Shown here in pieces: positions 55,947-63,999 of a stretch of 64,000 nucleotides of DNA; the stretch's first letter is position 1; the number at the start of each line of letters is the position of its first letter. The stretch spans positions 32,001-96,000 of IMG/VR virus record IMGVR_UViG_2751185783_000001; one strand, given 5' to 3'. Source of the DNA: a virus (taxonomy: Duplodnaviria; Caudoviricetes). Under the pieces are notes generated by a model. It saw only the letters and a program-made list of their open reading frames with translations. It made no database searches and was not told the origin of the DNA. The position numbers were made by a program, and so were the translations under genes.

Positions 55947-56434
55947 GACGACACCCGCTCGTCCCAGTCCAGCCCGTACTCGCAGCCGCCCACCGGCGGA
56001 CCCCAGGTGCCGGGCCCGTGCACATCCACCAGGGCCGGTCGCCCTTCCGTGTCGACGTCGACCCAGATCCGCACGCCGCCCACATCCAGCGTCCACCGGG
56101 CGGGGCCGGTCTTCTCGACGTGCAGCCACCCGCCGATGACCACCTCGTCCTGCTCACGACCCTGCTCCTGAGCAGGATCACGGTGGGCGTCACGCAGGCT
56201 CGCCACCGGGCACGGGTGCAGGTGCGCCCGCAACTCCAGGTCCGGATGCCCGCAGTCGCACACCCGTTCCACGACGGTGAGGAGTTCGGCGATCCGGCGG
56301 GCTAACAGGTCACGGTCGCCGTTGACGACGAACGCCACAGACTCGTCATCCGGGCGCCGGCCATCCTCGTCCGCGGGCCCGGCGCCCTCACGGACGACCG
56401 TGATGCCCTGGTTGCCGCCGGTCCGGTAGGTCAT
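55943..56434 (-). CDS. Hypothetical protein
   Basis: GAGGAG RBS; coupled to the SLOG gene. Confidence 0.5.
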   Translation of the reverse strand: MTYRTGGNQGITVVREGAGPADEDGRRPDDESVAFVVNGDRDLLARRIAELLTVVERVCDCGHPDLELRAHLHPCPVASLRDAHRDPAQEQGREQDEVVIGGWLHVEKTGPARWTLDVGGVRIWVDVDTEGRPALVDVHGPGTWGPPVGGCEYGLDWDERVSS

Positions 56435-56473
56435 GCGGGTCTCCTCGTCTCGGGTGGGGCAGGATGGGCGGCA

Positions 56474-56506
56474 GGGGAGCTGAGCGATACCAGCGTTCAG
56501 CTCCCC
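56474..56506. terminator. Hairpin downstream of dnaB
   Basis: GGGGAGCTGA...TCAGCTCCCC. Confidence 0.5.
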
Positions 56507-56523
56507 GCCAACGTCAGAGCAGG

Positions 56524-57852
56524 TCAGATGGCCATGTCCACAAATCTGGACAGGTGCAACTGCGCGGCCACCGTAACGGTGTCCGTCGCCCCGTTCCGGT
56601 GCTTGGCCACGATGAAGTCCGCCTCGCCCGCCCGCGGCGACTCCTTGTCGTAGTAGTCGTCACGGTGCAGCAGGATCACCACATCGGCGTCCTGCTCGAT
56701 CGAGCCGGACTCACGCAGGTCCGACAGCTGGGGGCGCTTGTCCTGGCGCTGCTCAGGGCCGCGGCTCAGCTGACTCACCGCGATCACCGGGCACTCGATC
56801 TCCTTCGCCAGCAGCTTCAGGCCACGGGACAGCTCGGAAACCTCCTGCTGTCGGGACTCGGTGCGTTTCGGCGATGACATCAACTGGAGGTAGTCGACGA
56901 CCAGCAGCCGCAGATTGTGCTTCTTCTTCAAGCTGCGGGCCTTCGACCGGATCTGCGCCAATCCCATGTTCGGGGTGTCGTCCACGAAGATCGGTGCCTC
57001 GGAGATCTCACCCATCCTGCGGGCCATCCGCGACCAGTCGTCATCCGACAACTGCCCCGACCGGAGCACGTGCAGCGGCACCCGCGCTTCGGCCGACAGC
57101 ATCCGGGTCACCATCTCGACCTTCGACATCTCCAGCGTGAAGAACGCCGATGCCATCCCCGCCTGGATCGCCGCATGCCGGGCGATGTCCAGGCCGGCCG
57201 TCGACTTCCCCAGCCCGGGGCGGGCGCCGACGATGATGAGCTGCCCGGGCTGCAACCCGTTGAGGAGCCGGTCCAGGTCTTTGAACCCGGTCGGCACCCC
57301 CAGCAGCGCACTGTCCTTCGAGCCCGCGGCCTCGATGTCGTCCATGACGGGGGTGAACACCTCACCGGCCCGGACAGTCTCCCCGGCACCGCGTTCCACG
57401 GTGATGTCGTAGACGGCCTGCTGCGCCAGGTCCACCACGTCGGCGAGTTCGACTCCGGCCGCGTTCGCTGACCCGTAGCCGAGCTGCGCGATCCGGACAC
57501 CGGCTTCGACCAGGCGCCGCGAGACGGCCCGCTGCTGCACGATCCGCGCATACCAGCCGGCGTTTCCCGCCGTGGGCACCTGCTCGATCAGGGTGTTCAG
57601 GTACAGCACCCCACCGGTCCGTTCGAGTTCTCCGGCATCGAACAGGGCGCCCGCCAGTGTCCGTGCGTCTGCGGGCTCACCGCGCCCGTGCAGGGCGACG
57701 ATCGCCCCGAACAGGGTGGCGTGGACCGGCCGGTAGAAGTCGGCGGCGGTGACGATCTCCGTCACGTCGTCGATGACCCCAGCGGACAGGAGCATCCCGC
57801 CGAGGGTGGCCTGCTCTGCCTCGATGTCGTGCGGTGGCGTCCGGTCGCTCAT
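56524..57852 (-). CDS. dnaB: Replicative DNA helicase DnaB
   Basis: PPHDIEAEQ, GARPGLGKS, VVDYLQLM, SQLSR, DLRESGSIEQDAD, KHRNG. Confidence 0.97.
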   Translation of the reverse strand: MSDRTPPHDIEAEQATLGGMLLSAGVIDDVTEIVTAADFYRPVHATLFGAIVALHGRGEPADARTLAGALFDAGELERTGGVLYLNTLIEQVPTAGNAGWYARIVQQRAVSRRLVEAGVRIAQLGYGSANAAGVELADVVDLAQQAVYDITVERGAGETVRAGEVFTPVMDDIEAAGSKDSALLGVPTGFKDLDRLLNGLQPGQLIIVGARPGLGKSTAGLDIARHAAIQAGMASAFFTLEMSKVEMVTRMLSAEARVPLHVLRSGQLSDDDWSRMARRMGEISEAPIFVDDTPNMGLAQIRSKARSLKKKHNLRLLVVDYLQLMSSPKRTESRQQEVSELSRGLKLLAKEIECPVIAVSQLSRGPEQRQDKRPQLSDLRESGSIEQDADVVILLHRDDYYDKESPRAGEADFIVAKHRNGATDTVTVAAQLHLSRFVDMAI

Positions 57853-58283
57853 CGTCCGGCCTCCTCGTCCCAGTCGGGCCCTGCGGTGATCGCCCGCAGT
57901 TGGTCCATCGCCGACACCGGCGGCGGGGACTGCGATTCCAGGTGCGCGCCGATCGCCGCCAGCACCTCCCGGACCGTGGCGGCACCGGCCGACATGCGGA
58001 CCTGCCGGTTCATGTCGTCCTCGAACTTCGACGGCAGTGCCCGGGCGTCCGACGGCTCCAGACGGCGGCGCTCGGCACGGATCGCTTTCACGCCCTGGCG
58101 GACGTCGGCGGGCATCAGCCGTTCCCGGGATTCCCGGTAGTGCCGCACCACGGCGGCCTTCGCGTCGTCGAGCGGGATGTCGTCGAGGGCCAGATGCCAC
58201 GCCTCGACGTCGGCATCACCGACCTTGCGGTAGTCGAAGGTGCCGGCCAGCGTCAGCAGCAGCACCACCTCAGCTCTGTCCAC
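57849..58283 (-). CDS. Helicase loader/inhibitor-like protein
   Basis: LLTLAGTFDYRKVGDADVEAW..L...AKAAV...LMPADV; between initiator and DnaB. Confidence 0.65.
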   Translation of the reverse strand: MDRAEVVLLLTLAGTFDYRKVGDADVEAWHLALDDIPLDDAKAAVVRHYRESRERLMPADVRQGVKAIRAERRRLEPSDARALPSKFEDDMNRQVRMSAGAATVREVLAAIGAHLESQSPPPVSAMDQLRAITAGPDWDEEAGR

Positions 58284-59304
58284 GTTGTGCCTCCTCAAGG
58301 CGTCGGTACTTCTCGTACAGGGATTGGTTGTCGGCGACTCGTTGGTCAGCGGGGGACCGGACTTCGTTGCGCCGTCCGTTGTCGTCGATTCGGGCTAGGG
58401 CGTTGCCGGGCTCGTTGATGGGCATGGAGCCGCGGACCCCGGTGCGCTCTTCGAAGCGTTCCTGGTCTGAGCGCATCCAGTTGCGCCACGCCTTGTCCCA
58501 GTCCTTCTTGAGTTCCTTGCCTTTTTGGCCGTCAGCGAAGTACTCGATGAACTTGTCCGTGGCGAAGCGCCCGACATTCGGGGTTTCTTTTCTGGCCCAC
58601 GCCATCATTTCTTCGGATACCTGCCAGCCGGCGGGGAGGGGCAGGTTCTCTTTGGTGATGATGCGACTGAGGCGCTTCCGACCCCTGGTGGCTCCGCCCG
58701 CTGGTTTGTTTTCGGAGTCAGGCTGCCGCTGTTCCGGTACCACAAACAGCGCATCACCGGTGTCGACACCATCGCGCGCGCTCTCCTCCGAAGGAGGAGA
58801 AGGTTCAGGTTGGTACACATGGTTCAGTTCTTTGTGTCCCGCTGTGGCACTAGCCTGGTCCCGCTCTGGCACTAGCCCTAGTCCCGCTGTGGCACTAGTC
58901 CCGCTCTGGGACCAGTCCTCAAGTTGGTCCCGCTCCGGGACTAGTCCCGCTGTGGCACTAGCCTCAGGCTCGTTCTCGGCGGCGCTGGGCGACTCTTCTG
59001 TGGCGACCGAAGAGGGGATGGTGAGCAGATAGCAGGTCTTCTCCTTGTTCTTTTGCGCCGCCTTCTTGGTCGGCACCGTTCGTTTTATCCAGCCATTACT
59101 CTCGGCCGAATTGAGAGAGCGGACAACGGTTGAACGGCCCAGCCCCGTGAAATTTGCCAGCTCGGTCAGGCTGGGTTGAAAACGGTCCGGAATGAGTCCC
59201 GTTTCCGGCTCCACCAACGTCACCAAGGTCAGAAGGGTGTGCCGCTCTGGAGCGGGGAGGCCCGACCTGCGGATCGCCCGCATAAGAGTCCAGATATCGG
59301 GCAC
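58270..59304 (-). CDS. Phage replication initiator (wHTH, lambda-O-like architecture)
   Basis: PSLTELANFTGLGRSTV; repeat-coded linker; C-terminal KFIEYF...DWDKAWRNW. Confidence 0.8.
   Translation of the reverse strand: MPDIWTLMRAIRRSGLPAPERHTLLTLVTLVEPETGLIPDRFQPSLTELANFTGLGRSTVVRSLNSAESNGWIKRTVPTKKAAQKNKEKTCYLLTIPSSVATEESPSAAENEPEASATAGLVPERDQLEDWSQSGTSATAGLGLVPERDQASATAGHKELNHVYQPEPSPPSEESARDGVDTGDALFVVPEQRQPDSENKPAGGATRGRKRLSRIITKENLPLPAGWQVSEEMMAWARKETPNVGRFATDKFIEYFADGQKGKELKKDWDKAWRNWMRSDQERFEERTGVRGSMPINEPGNALARIDDNGRRNEVRSPADQRVADNQSLYEKYRRLEEAQRGQS
58836..58961. repeat. Six 18-bp iterons inside the initiator gene (phage origin)
   Basis: GTCCCGCT(G/C)(T/C)GG(C/G)AC(T/C)AG at 58836, 58858, 58881, 58898, 58927, 58944. 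Confidence 0.85.
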
Positions 59305-59347
59305 GAAACCTCCTCGGGCAGTTGGGGTAGGGGTGGTGGCCGGCGCG

Positions 59348-59623
59348 TCAGGACCCAAGCGGGTACTGGTCGTTGCCGTAGATCGCATCCAGCAGGTGCG
59401 GCGGGCAGTGGAACTGGTAGGTCACGAACGGCTCGTCCCCGTCGATCACCTCCCACCAGCGCTTGTCCGTCCGTGGATCGAAACCGTGCTTGGCGGCGAT
59501 CTCTGCGGCGAACTCATCCGGCCGGTCGCCCTCGTAGAAGATGTCCCGACCGCTGGGGAACAGTTCGGCCCAGGTGGTCGCGCCGGTGGACGCGGGCGAA
59601 TCGGGAGTTGCGTGAGTGCTCAT
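59348..59623 (-). CDS. Hypothetical protein
   Basis: ATGA-coupled to the RHH-like gene. Confidence 0.5.
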   Translation of the reverse strand: MSTHATPDSPASTGATTWAELFPSGRDIFYEGDRPDEFAAEIAAKHGFDPRTDKRWWEVIDGDEPFVTYQFHCPPHLLDAIYGNDQYPLGS

Positions 59624-59829
59624 GCGGCATCCGCTGCGAACGTGACCCACTCGTCGGTGCCCTGTTCCTGTCGCTGCTGTTCCAGGGTCTCGGCAACGCT
59701 GCGAAGGTGGAGCCTGAGGGCTTCCCCGACGATGCGGCTGAGGCTGATGTCTGTCTGGTCGGAGACACGCTGTGCGGCTTCCCAGAGTGTCTGGTCTTTC
59801 GGGCGGACGTAGAGGGTCTTGTGGGGCAT
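59620..59829 (-). CDS. Ribbon-helix-helix-like regulator
   Basis: KTLYVRPKDQTLWEAAQ...ISLSRIVGEALR. Confidence 0.65.
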   Translation of the reverse strand: MPHKTLYVRPKDQTLWEAAQRVSDQTDISLSRIVGEALRLHLRSVAETLEQQRQEQGTDEWVTFAADAA

Positions 59830-59866
59830 GGCGTTGCTCCCTTCTGAACTGCGGAAAGTCCAATCC

Positions 59867-59949
59867 TGTGTACGTACATCAACCAGTGAAGCCTATCGCG
59901 ATGTGTACGTACACACCAGTGAAAGCCGATCTCTTTCGTGTACGGACAC
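59867..59949. promoter_or_regulatory. Three GTGTACG(T/G)ACA operators between divergent RHH genes
   Basis: Copies near 59867, 59902 and 59938 (35-bp period); the first two extend with ACCAGTGAA. Confidence 0.75.
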
Positions 59950-59965
59950 GCCGTACCTTTGACCA

Positions 59966-60160
59966 GTGACTACCGCCAACGAACGCCGCAAGACGGTGCG
60001 CCGGCAGATAGCCCTCGCCGATGCGCTCTGGGAACGCCTCGGCCGTCTGGTCGGCGACCGAGGGCGTTCCGAGGTCATCCGTGCGCTCGTGGCCTGGTAT
60101 CTGCGCGAGCCCGGCGCGAAGCTCCCGGAGCGCCCGCCGCGTCAGGATCCGCCCGCCTGA
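59966..60160 (+). CDS. Ribbon-helix-helix-like regulator
   Basis: RQIALADALWERLG...RSEVIRALVAWYLREPGAKLPERP. Confidence 0.7.
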   Translation: MTTANERRKTVRRQIALADALWERLGRLVGDRGRSEVIRALVAWYLREPGAKLPERPPRQDPPA

Positions 60161-60392
60161 GCCCGCCCCGGCTGGTCACCACCCGCGTTCCGTCGGCGAA
60201 CTCGAGCACCGCGGACCCGGACATCCGCTTGTTCCCGTCCGGGTCTTTGCCGCCCTGGTCGCGCACCACCACCTGGCAGCGCTGGCCCGTCCGGTCGATG
60301 CCGTCGCCGAACCACGGCGTCTTCACCGCGCCCGTGCCCGGGAACTCCCAGGTGCGCCACCGCCACGTCCACACGTACGGGAAGTCGATCAC
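60075..60392 (-). CDS. Hypothetical protein
   Basis: GTGA-coupled; VIDFPYVWTWRW...VLEFADG. Confidence 0.45.
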   Translation of the reverse strand: MIDFPYVWTWRWRTWEFPGTGAVKTPWFGDGIDRTGQRCQVVVRDQGGKDPDGNKRMSGSAVLEFADGTRVVTSRGGLRRADPDAAGAPGASRRARADTRPRAHG

Positions 60393-60715
60393 GGCAGCCA
60401 CTTCCGCAGTTCGTTGATCGACCTCCGGGCAACCTTCTGGGCTACGTACTCCCGGCCAACACGCTCCCACTCCCGCCGGTCGTCATCCTGTCCGTGAAGG
60501 CCGCGATCGATCCGTAGGTTTTCGAGTACCTCGCCGCATTCGATCAGCGCAGCCCGTGCCGCGCAGAGGGCACCGAAGGCAACCACGTTGAACGCTGGGT
60601 CCTCCGGCTCGGTCATGTGACTGCCGGCGAGCCGCAGGGCGTCTTCGATGTCCTGCTCGGTGATCAGTCCAACGGGCAGCGGCTCCCGAGCCGGACCCGG
60701 CCAGCGTCCGGTCAC
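60389..60715 (-). CDS. Hypothetical protein
   Basis: GTGA-coupled ORF. Confidence 0.45.
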   Translation of the reverse strand: MTGRWPGPAREPLPVGLITEQDIEDALRLAGSHMTEPEDPAFNVVAFGALCAARAALIECGEVLENLRIDRGLHGQDDDRREWERVGREYVAQKVARRSINELRKWLP

Positions 60716-60942
60716 CGGATCACCCCGGCGCGGATGCCGACCGCTACCGCGTGGGCCCGGTTGCACGCGCCGAGCGTGTCGTAGATGCGCTTCGTCTGGT
60801 GGTCGACGGTGTTGGCGCTGATGCGGAGCCGCCCGGCGATGGCCTGGTTGGACAGGCCGTCCGCGATCAGCACGAGGATCTGCTGCTGCCGGTCTGACAG
60901 AGTGATAGCGGCAGGTAGGCCGGGGGCGAAGAAGTCGGTCAC
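60712..60942 (-). CDS. Stand-alone LuxR-type HTH protein
   Basis: LSDRQQQILVLIADGLSNQAIAGRLRISANTV...LGACNRAHAV. Confidence 0.88.
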   Translation of the reverse strand: MTDFFAPGLPAAITLSDRQQQILVLIADGLSNQAIAGRLRISANTVDHQTKRIYDTLGACNRAHAVAVGIRAGVIR

Positions 60943-61214
60943 CGGTGGGCCGCCTGGTCGATGTCGTGGAGGGTGATCTGCCTGCTGCGCAGGGCGATGA
61001 TCACGGCGTGGGCGCGGTTACGGGCACCGAGGGTGCGGTAGGCCCGCCGGAGGGACGTTTTGACGGATGACCCCTGGATGCCGATGCGGGCCCCGATACG
61101 CGTGTCGGGGAGCCCGCACGCGACGTACGCGAGGATCTGCCGCTGGCGTGGGGTGAGGTGCCCGGGGCGCCCGGCCCCCGCGGTGGGGGCCGGGACGGTG
61201 GCGGGTGCGGTCAT
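60939..61214 (-). CDS. Stand-alone LuxR-type HTH protein
   Basis: LTPRQRQILAYVACG...SVKTSL...LGARNRAHAV. Confidence 0.88.
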   Translation of the reverse strand: MTAPATVPAPTAGAGRPGHLTPRQRQILAYVACGLPDTRIGARIGIQGSSVKTSLRRAYRTLGARNRAHAVIIALRSRQITLHDIDQAAHR

Positions 61215-61474
61215 GCGGGAGTCTCCTGGGGAGCGGATTCGGCGGGACGGGGTTCAGGTGCCGGGGTGCGCCAGGCCCGGAAGTTGCGCGTGTACACCCA
61301 CGTGTAGGCGGCCACCGAAACCAGGAACCCCCACTGGCGGGTGGCCAGCGCGTACGCCAGCCACAGGGCTTGGGCGCCGATTCCAACAGCCCAGCCCCAT
61401 GGGGAGCGGCGGCCGGCGAGCCAGATGCCGAATACGCCGACTGCGGTGAGCGCCCACGACCACAGCTGACTCAC
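61211..61474 (-). CDS. Small PnuC-like membrane protein
   Basis: WSWALTAVGVFGIWLAGRR..WGW...QALW..YA...QWGF...NFRAW. Confidence 0.6.
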   Translation of the reverse strand: MSQLWSWALTAVGVFGIWLAGRRSPWGWAVGIGAQALWLAYALATRQWGFLVSVAAYTWVYTRNFRAWRTPAPEPRPAESAPQETPA

Positions 61475-61866
61475 GAGGCGCCACCCGACGGATTCGAACC
61501 AGCAACCAGCACGGACAGCTCAGCGAGATGGTCTCCACCGCACCAGCCGCACCCATCGGCCCGCAGCACCGTGTGCCGCTCGCTGGGGTAAAGCCGCTCG
61601 GCGCAAGCGACCAGGCTGATGATCTGGCCGTGCGCCTCGTCCAGCGCGGTGAGCAACGCGGCCACGTCCTGGTGGGCGTGTGCGATGAACGCGGCGTCGT
61701 TCCGGCCGTTGCGATGCTCGTCGAGCTGGAGCGGCGGCAGACTGCCGGAGATGACCGCGATCGACGATCCGAGCGAGCCGCTGCCGAACCGGTCGCCCGT
61801 CTTCCACGTGCCCGGCGTGGCCGCTTCGAGGCGGCGCCGGATCGCGGCGATGTTGGGCCTACGCAC
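61471..61866 (-). CDS. Ead/Ea22-like phage protein
   Basis: IRRRLEAATPGTW...DAAFIAHAHQDVAALL. Confidence 0.6.
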   Translation of the reverse strand: MRRPNIAAIRRRLEAATPGTWKTGDRFGSGSLGSSIAVISGSLPPLQLDEHRNGRNDAAFIAHAHQDVAALLTALDEAHGQIISLVACAERLYPSERHTVLRADGCGWCGGDHLAELSVLVAGSNPSGGAS

Positions 61867-62143
61867 TGGGCACCTCCGTGGAATACGGCGCGTAATCCGT
61901 CGCCAGCAGGCCCGCCTCGTGCAGTTCCGCAGCGATGCGTTCCGCCGCGGGCCAGTTAAACGTGCAGTGGAGCAGGTTCGCGGCGGCCTCCTGCGACGGC
62001 AGCTGGATGGTGCTCTGCTGGCCGACGAGCAGGTTGCTATGCGCCAGGTTCTCCGCGGTGCCCAGGGCGCGCTGGCGGAGTTTGAAGTTGCTGCCGATGT
62101 GGGGCTCGACGATGTCGGCAACACGGTTGAGGATGTCGATCAC
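61859..62143 (-). CDS. Hypothetical phage early protein
   Basis: Overlap-coupled ORF. Confidence 0.45.
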   Translation of the reverse strand: MIDILNRVADIVEPHIGSNFKLRQRALGTAENLAHSNLLVGQQSTIQLPSQEAAANLLHCTFNWPAAERIAAELHEAGLLATDYAPYSTEVPSA

Positions 62144-62331
62144 GGCAGATCACCGCCCGACGAATTCGGACGGGTAGCCACGCTCGCGTGGATGGACGCG
62201 ATGGTCTCCAGGCACTGCTCGTGGTCGTGCCCCGGGTCGTCCCGGTGGCTGCACTGCGACTCGGGCACGTCGAGGGGGTTCTGGTTGAGGATCCGCCGGG
62301 CGTGCCGGGCGGCAAGGTCAGAATTACGCAC
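62140..62331 (-). CDS. Hypothetical phage early protein
   Basis: AAGGAGG RBS; coupled. Confidence 0.45.
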   Translation of the reverse strand: MRNSDLAARHARRILNQNPLDVPESQCSHRDDPGHDHEQCLETIASIHASVATRPNSSGGDLP

Positions 62332-62334
62332 GGG

Positions 62335-62718
62335 TCAGCCTCCTTGGCTGGTCGGGGAAGCTTCGCCGGGGTACATCCGCTTGCGAGTGATGCGCCGGCG
62401 CCGGCCCTCACACGCCTCACCCAGGTAGGGGTAGAGGTCGCTGGTGGAGTCGCAGTGCTGGATCACCCGTCGGACGATGTCGATGTCGCCGGGGATCGGG
62501 TCGTCGTTGTCGAGCGGCCCGCCCTTGCCCATCACGCCGTCGGCCTGCCCGGCCCGGTAGCCGAGGACGTAGCCCATGACGGCGGCCTCGCGGGTGACCC
62601 GGCGCTCGAACTTCGTGAGGGTGCGCCACGCGGTGTCGGCCCGCTTGTCGCGTTGTTGCTGTCGGGCGGCGAAGTAGTCGAGGAGACCGGGCGGGAACTC
62701 CGACATCGGGGCGCTCAT
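62335..62718 (-). CDS. Hypothetical phage early protein
   Basis: REAAVMGYVLG motif; coupled. Confidence 0.55.
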   Translation of the reverse strand: MSAPMSEFPPGLLDYFAARQQQRDKRADTAWRTLTKFERRVTREAAVMGYVLGYRAGQADGVMGKGGPLDNDDPIPGDIDIVRRVIQHCDSTSDLYPYLGEACEGRRRRITRKRMYPGEASPTSQGG

Positions 62719-62954
62719 CGGGTCGCCGCCTTGCCGGGCAGGTATTCGAGTCCGTCGGATGTGGGCCAGATCAGGACGTAGTCGTCCCGCCGCGCGCTGT
62801 CGGGCAGGACTGCCAGGTAGGCGTTTGAGGTGCCGATGATGGTGCCGTGCTGGGCGTGCCCGTGGTCGGTGTATCGAACGCGGCCGTGGAGGCTGGCGGG
62901 CACGTTGTAGCGCTCACGGATGTAGGCGAGGGCCGCGTTCGTCTCGGCGGTCAT
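62715..62954 (-). CDS. Hypothetical phage early protein
   Basis: YIRERYNVPA...GTIIG; ATG at 62954. Confidence 0.55.
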   Translation of the reverse strand: MTAETNAALAYIRERYNVPASLHGRVRYTDHGHAQHGTIIGTSNAYLAVLPDSARRDDYVLIWPTSDGLEYLPGKAATR

Positions 62955-63003
62955 CGGGTCACGTCTTCTTCGCGGGTGGGGTACGGGGCGAGGTCCTTGG
63001 TGG

Positions 63004-63195
63004 TCACCACGGGATCTCCTCGGAGCGGGGCGGCAGTTCACCGGTCTGGTTGTGCACGTTGCGCATCTCGTCTACCTCGAACCCGGCCTCGGTCAGCGCC
63101 TTCCGGGCAACCGTCAACGCGTGCGCGGTGTAGCGGAGGTCGGAGTCGTCATCGATGCGGATGGCGGCGATCAAGGTGCGGAAGTGGTGGGCCAT
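63004..63195 (-). CDS. Hypothetical phage early protein
   Basis: TGATG-coupled; MAHHFRTL... Confidence 0.45.
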   Translation of the reverse strand: MAHHFRTLIAAIRIDDDSDLRYTAHALTVARKALTEAGFEVDEMRNVHNQTGELPPRSEEIPW

Positions 63196-63413
63196 CACAT
63201 GCCTTCCCACACGATGCCGTTGCCGCCGCGGCGGATGTCGTCCTTGTGGTCCTTGTGCCACTGCTGGCGCTGGGCGCGGTTTTTGATGAGCGGCGAGTAG
63301 GTGCCGCACTCGCACAGCGCCATGCCGGGTCCGGCGGCGTCACGGGCCCGGACCTTCGGCATGGAGAAGGCCGCGCCTTCGTGGCGCAGGCCGTGGCCGG
63401 CGAGGCGGGTCAT
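63195..63413 (-). CDS. Small Zn-binding phage protein
   Basis: GHGL..EG...CECG...WHKDHK. Confidence 0.55.
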   Translation of the reverse strand: MTRLAGHGLRHEGAAFSMPKVRARDAAGPGMALCECGTYSPLIKNRAQRQQWHKDHKDDIRRGGNGIVWEGM

Positions 63414-63721
63414 CGGGCGGCCTCCATGGCGGCGCGGAGTTCGATGCGGGCGGTGTCGGCGTCGTGCGGGTCGTCGGCGGACTCAATCGCCCGGACCGCG
63501 GTTTCGACACGGCGCAGGCGGTCGCGCTCGTCCTGAAGGTCCGCGAGCCCGTCCGCAAGTCGTCCGGCCCACGCGTGCAGGCGCTCGATCTCGGCGATCA
63601 GGGCGGGGGCGTCGCTGTTGAAGTGCTCGCGGACGGCGGCGGGGACGGCCAGGGACTGGTAGTCCGCCCACCGGTACGCCTCAGCGGCCCGGGCTTGGAC
63701 GGCGACGAGGTCGAGAGTCAT
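63410..63721 (-). CDS. Hypothetical phage early protein
   Basis: GGAGG RBS; DAPALIAEIERL. Confidence 0.55.
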   Translation of the reverse strand: MTLDLVAVQARAAEAYRWADYQSLAVPAAVREHFNSDAPALIAEIERLHAWAGRLADGLADLQDERDRLRRVETAVRAIESADDPHDADTARIELRAAMEAAR

Positions 63722-63999
63722 CGGGCGGCCTCCTCGGCAGCCACGATGCGCGCGTTCTGCTCGACGAGGCGCTTCAGATGGTTCGAGCGGGACTCAGCAC
63801 GTTCAGCGGTGACGCCCTCCGGCCACGGGTTGCAGTACTCGGCGTCGCAGGACCAGTTCACGGTGCGGGCCTCGGCGACGGCCAGACGAATCTCGTCGGT
63901 CAGGGAACCCCAGAACTCGGCCGAGCCCTCGGCCGTGATGGACGCCCAGTCAACCTCGGTAGCGAGGAGCGCCTTACCTGCCGAGCGGCAGCACTCGAT
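63718..63999 (-). CDS. Hypothetical protein (5' truncated by window edge)
   Basis: Open frame IECCRSAGK...EEAAR* with ATGA overlap into the next gene. Confidence 0.45.
   Translation of the reverse strand: MECCRSAGKALLATEVDWASITAEGSAEFWGSLTDEIRLAVAEARTVNWSCDAEYCNPWPEGVTAERAESRSNHLKRLVEQNARIVAAEEAAR

Noticed and set aside
58836-58961. 18-bp repeats as CRISPR or DGR repeats
   Set aside because: In-frame within an initiator gene, no spacers, and no reverse transcriptase in the window.
61476-61507. tRNA-like T-loop (GGTTCGAATCC on minus strand) as tRNA or att core
   Set aside because: T-stem pairs poorly, no cloverleaf upstream, and it lies inside a coupled coding region.
63410-63733. Repeated GGAGGCCGCCCGATGA gene junctions
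   Set aside because: Explained by RBS plus ATGA coupling in mosaic early genes.
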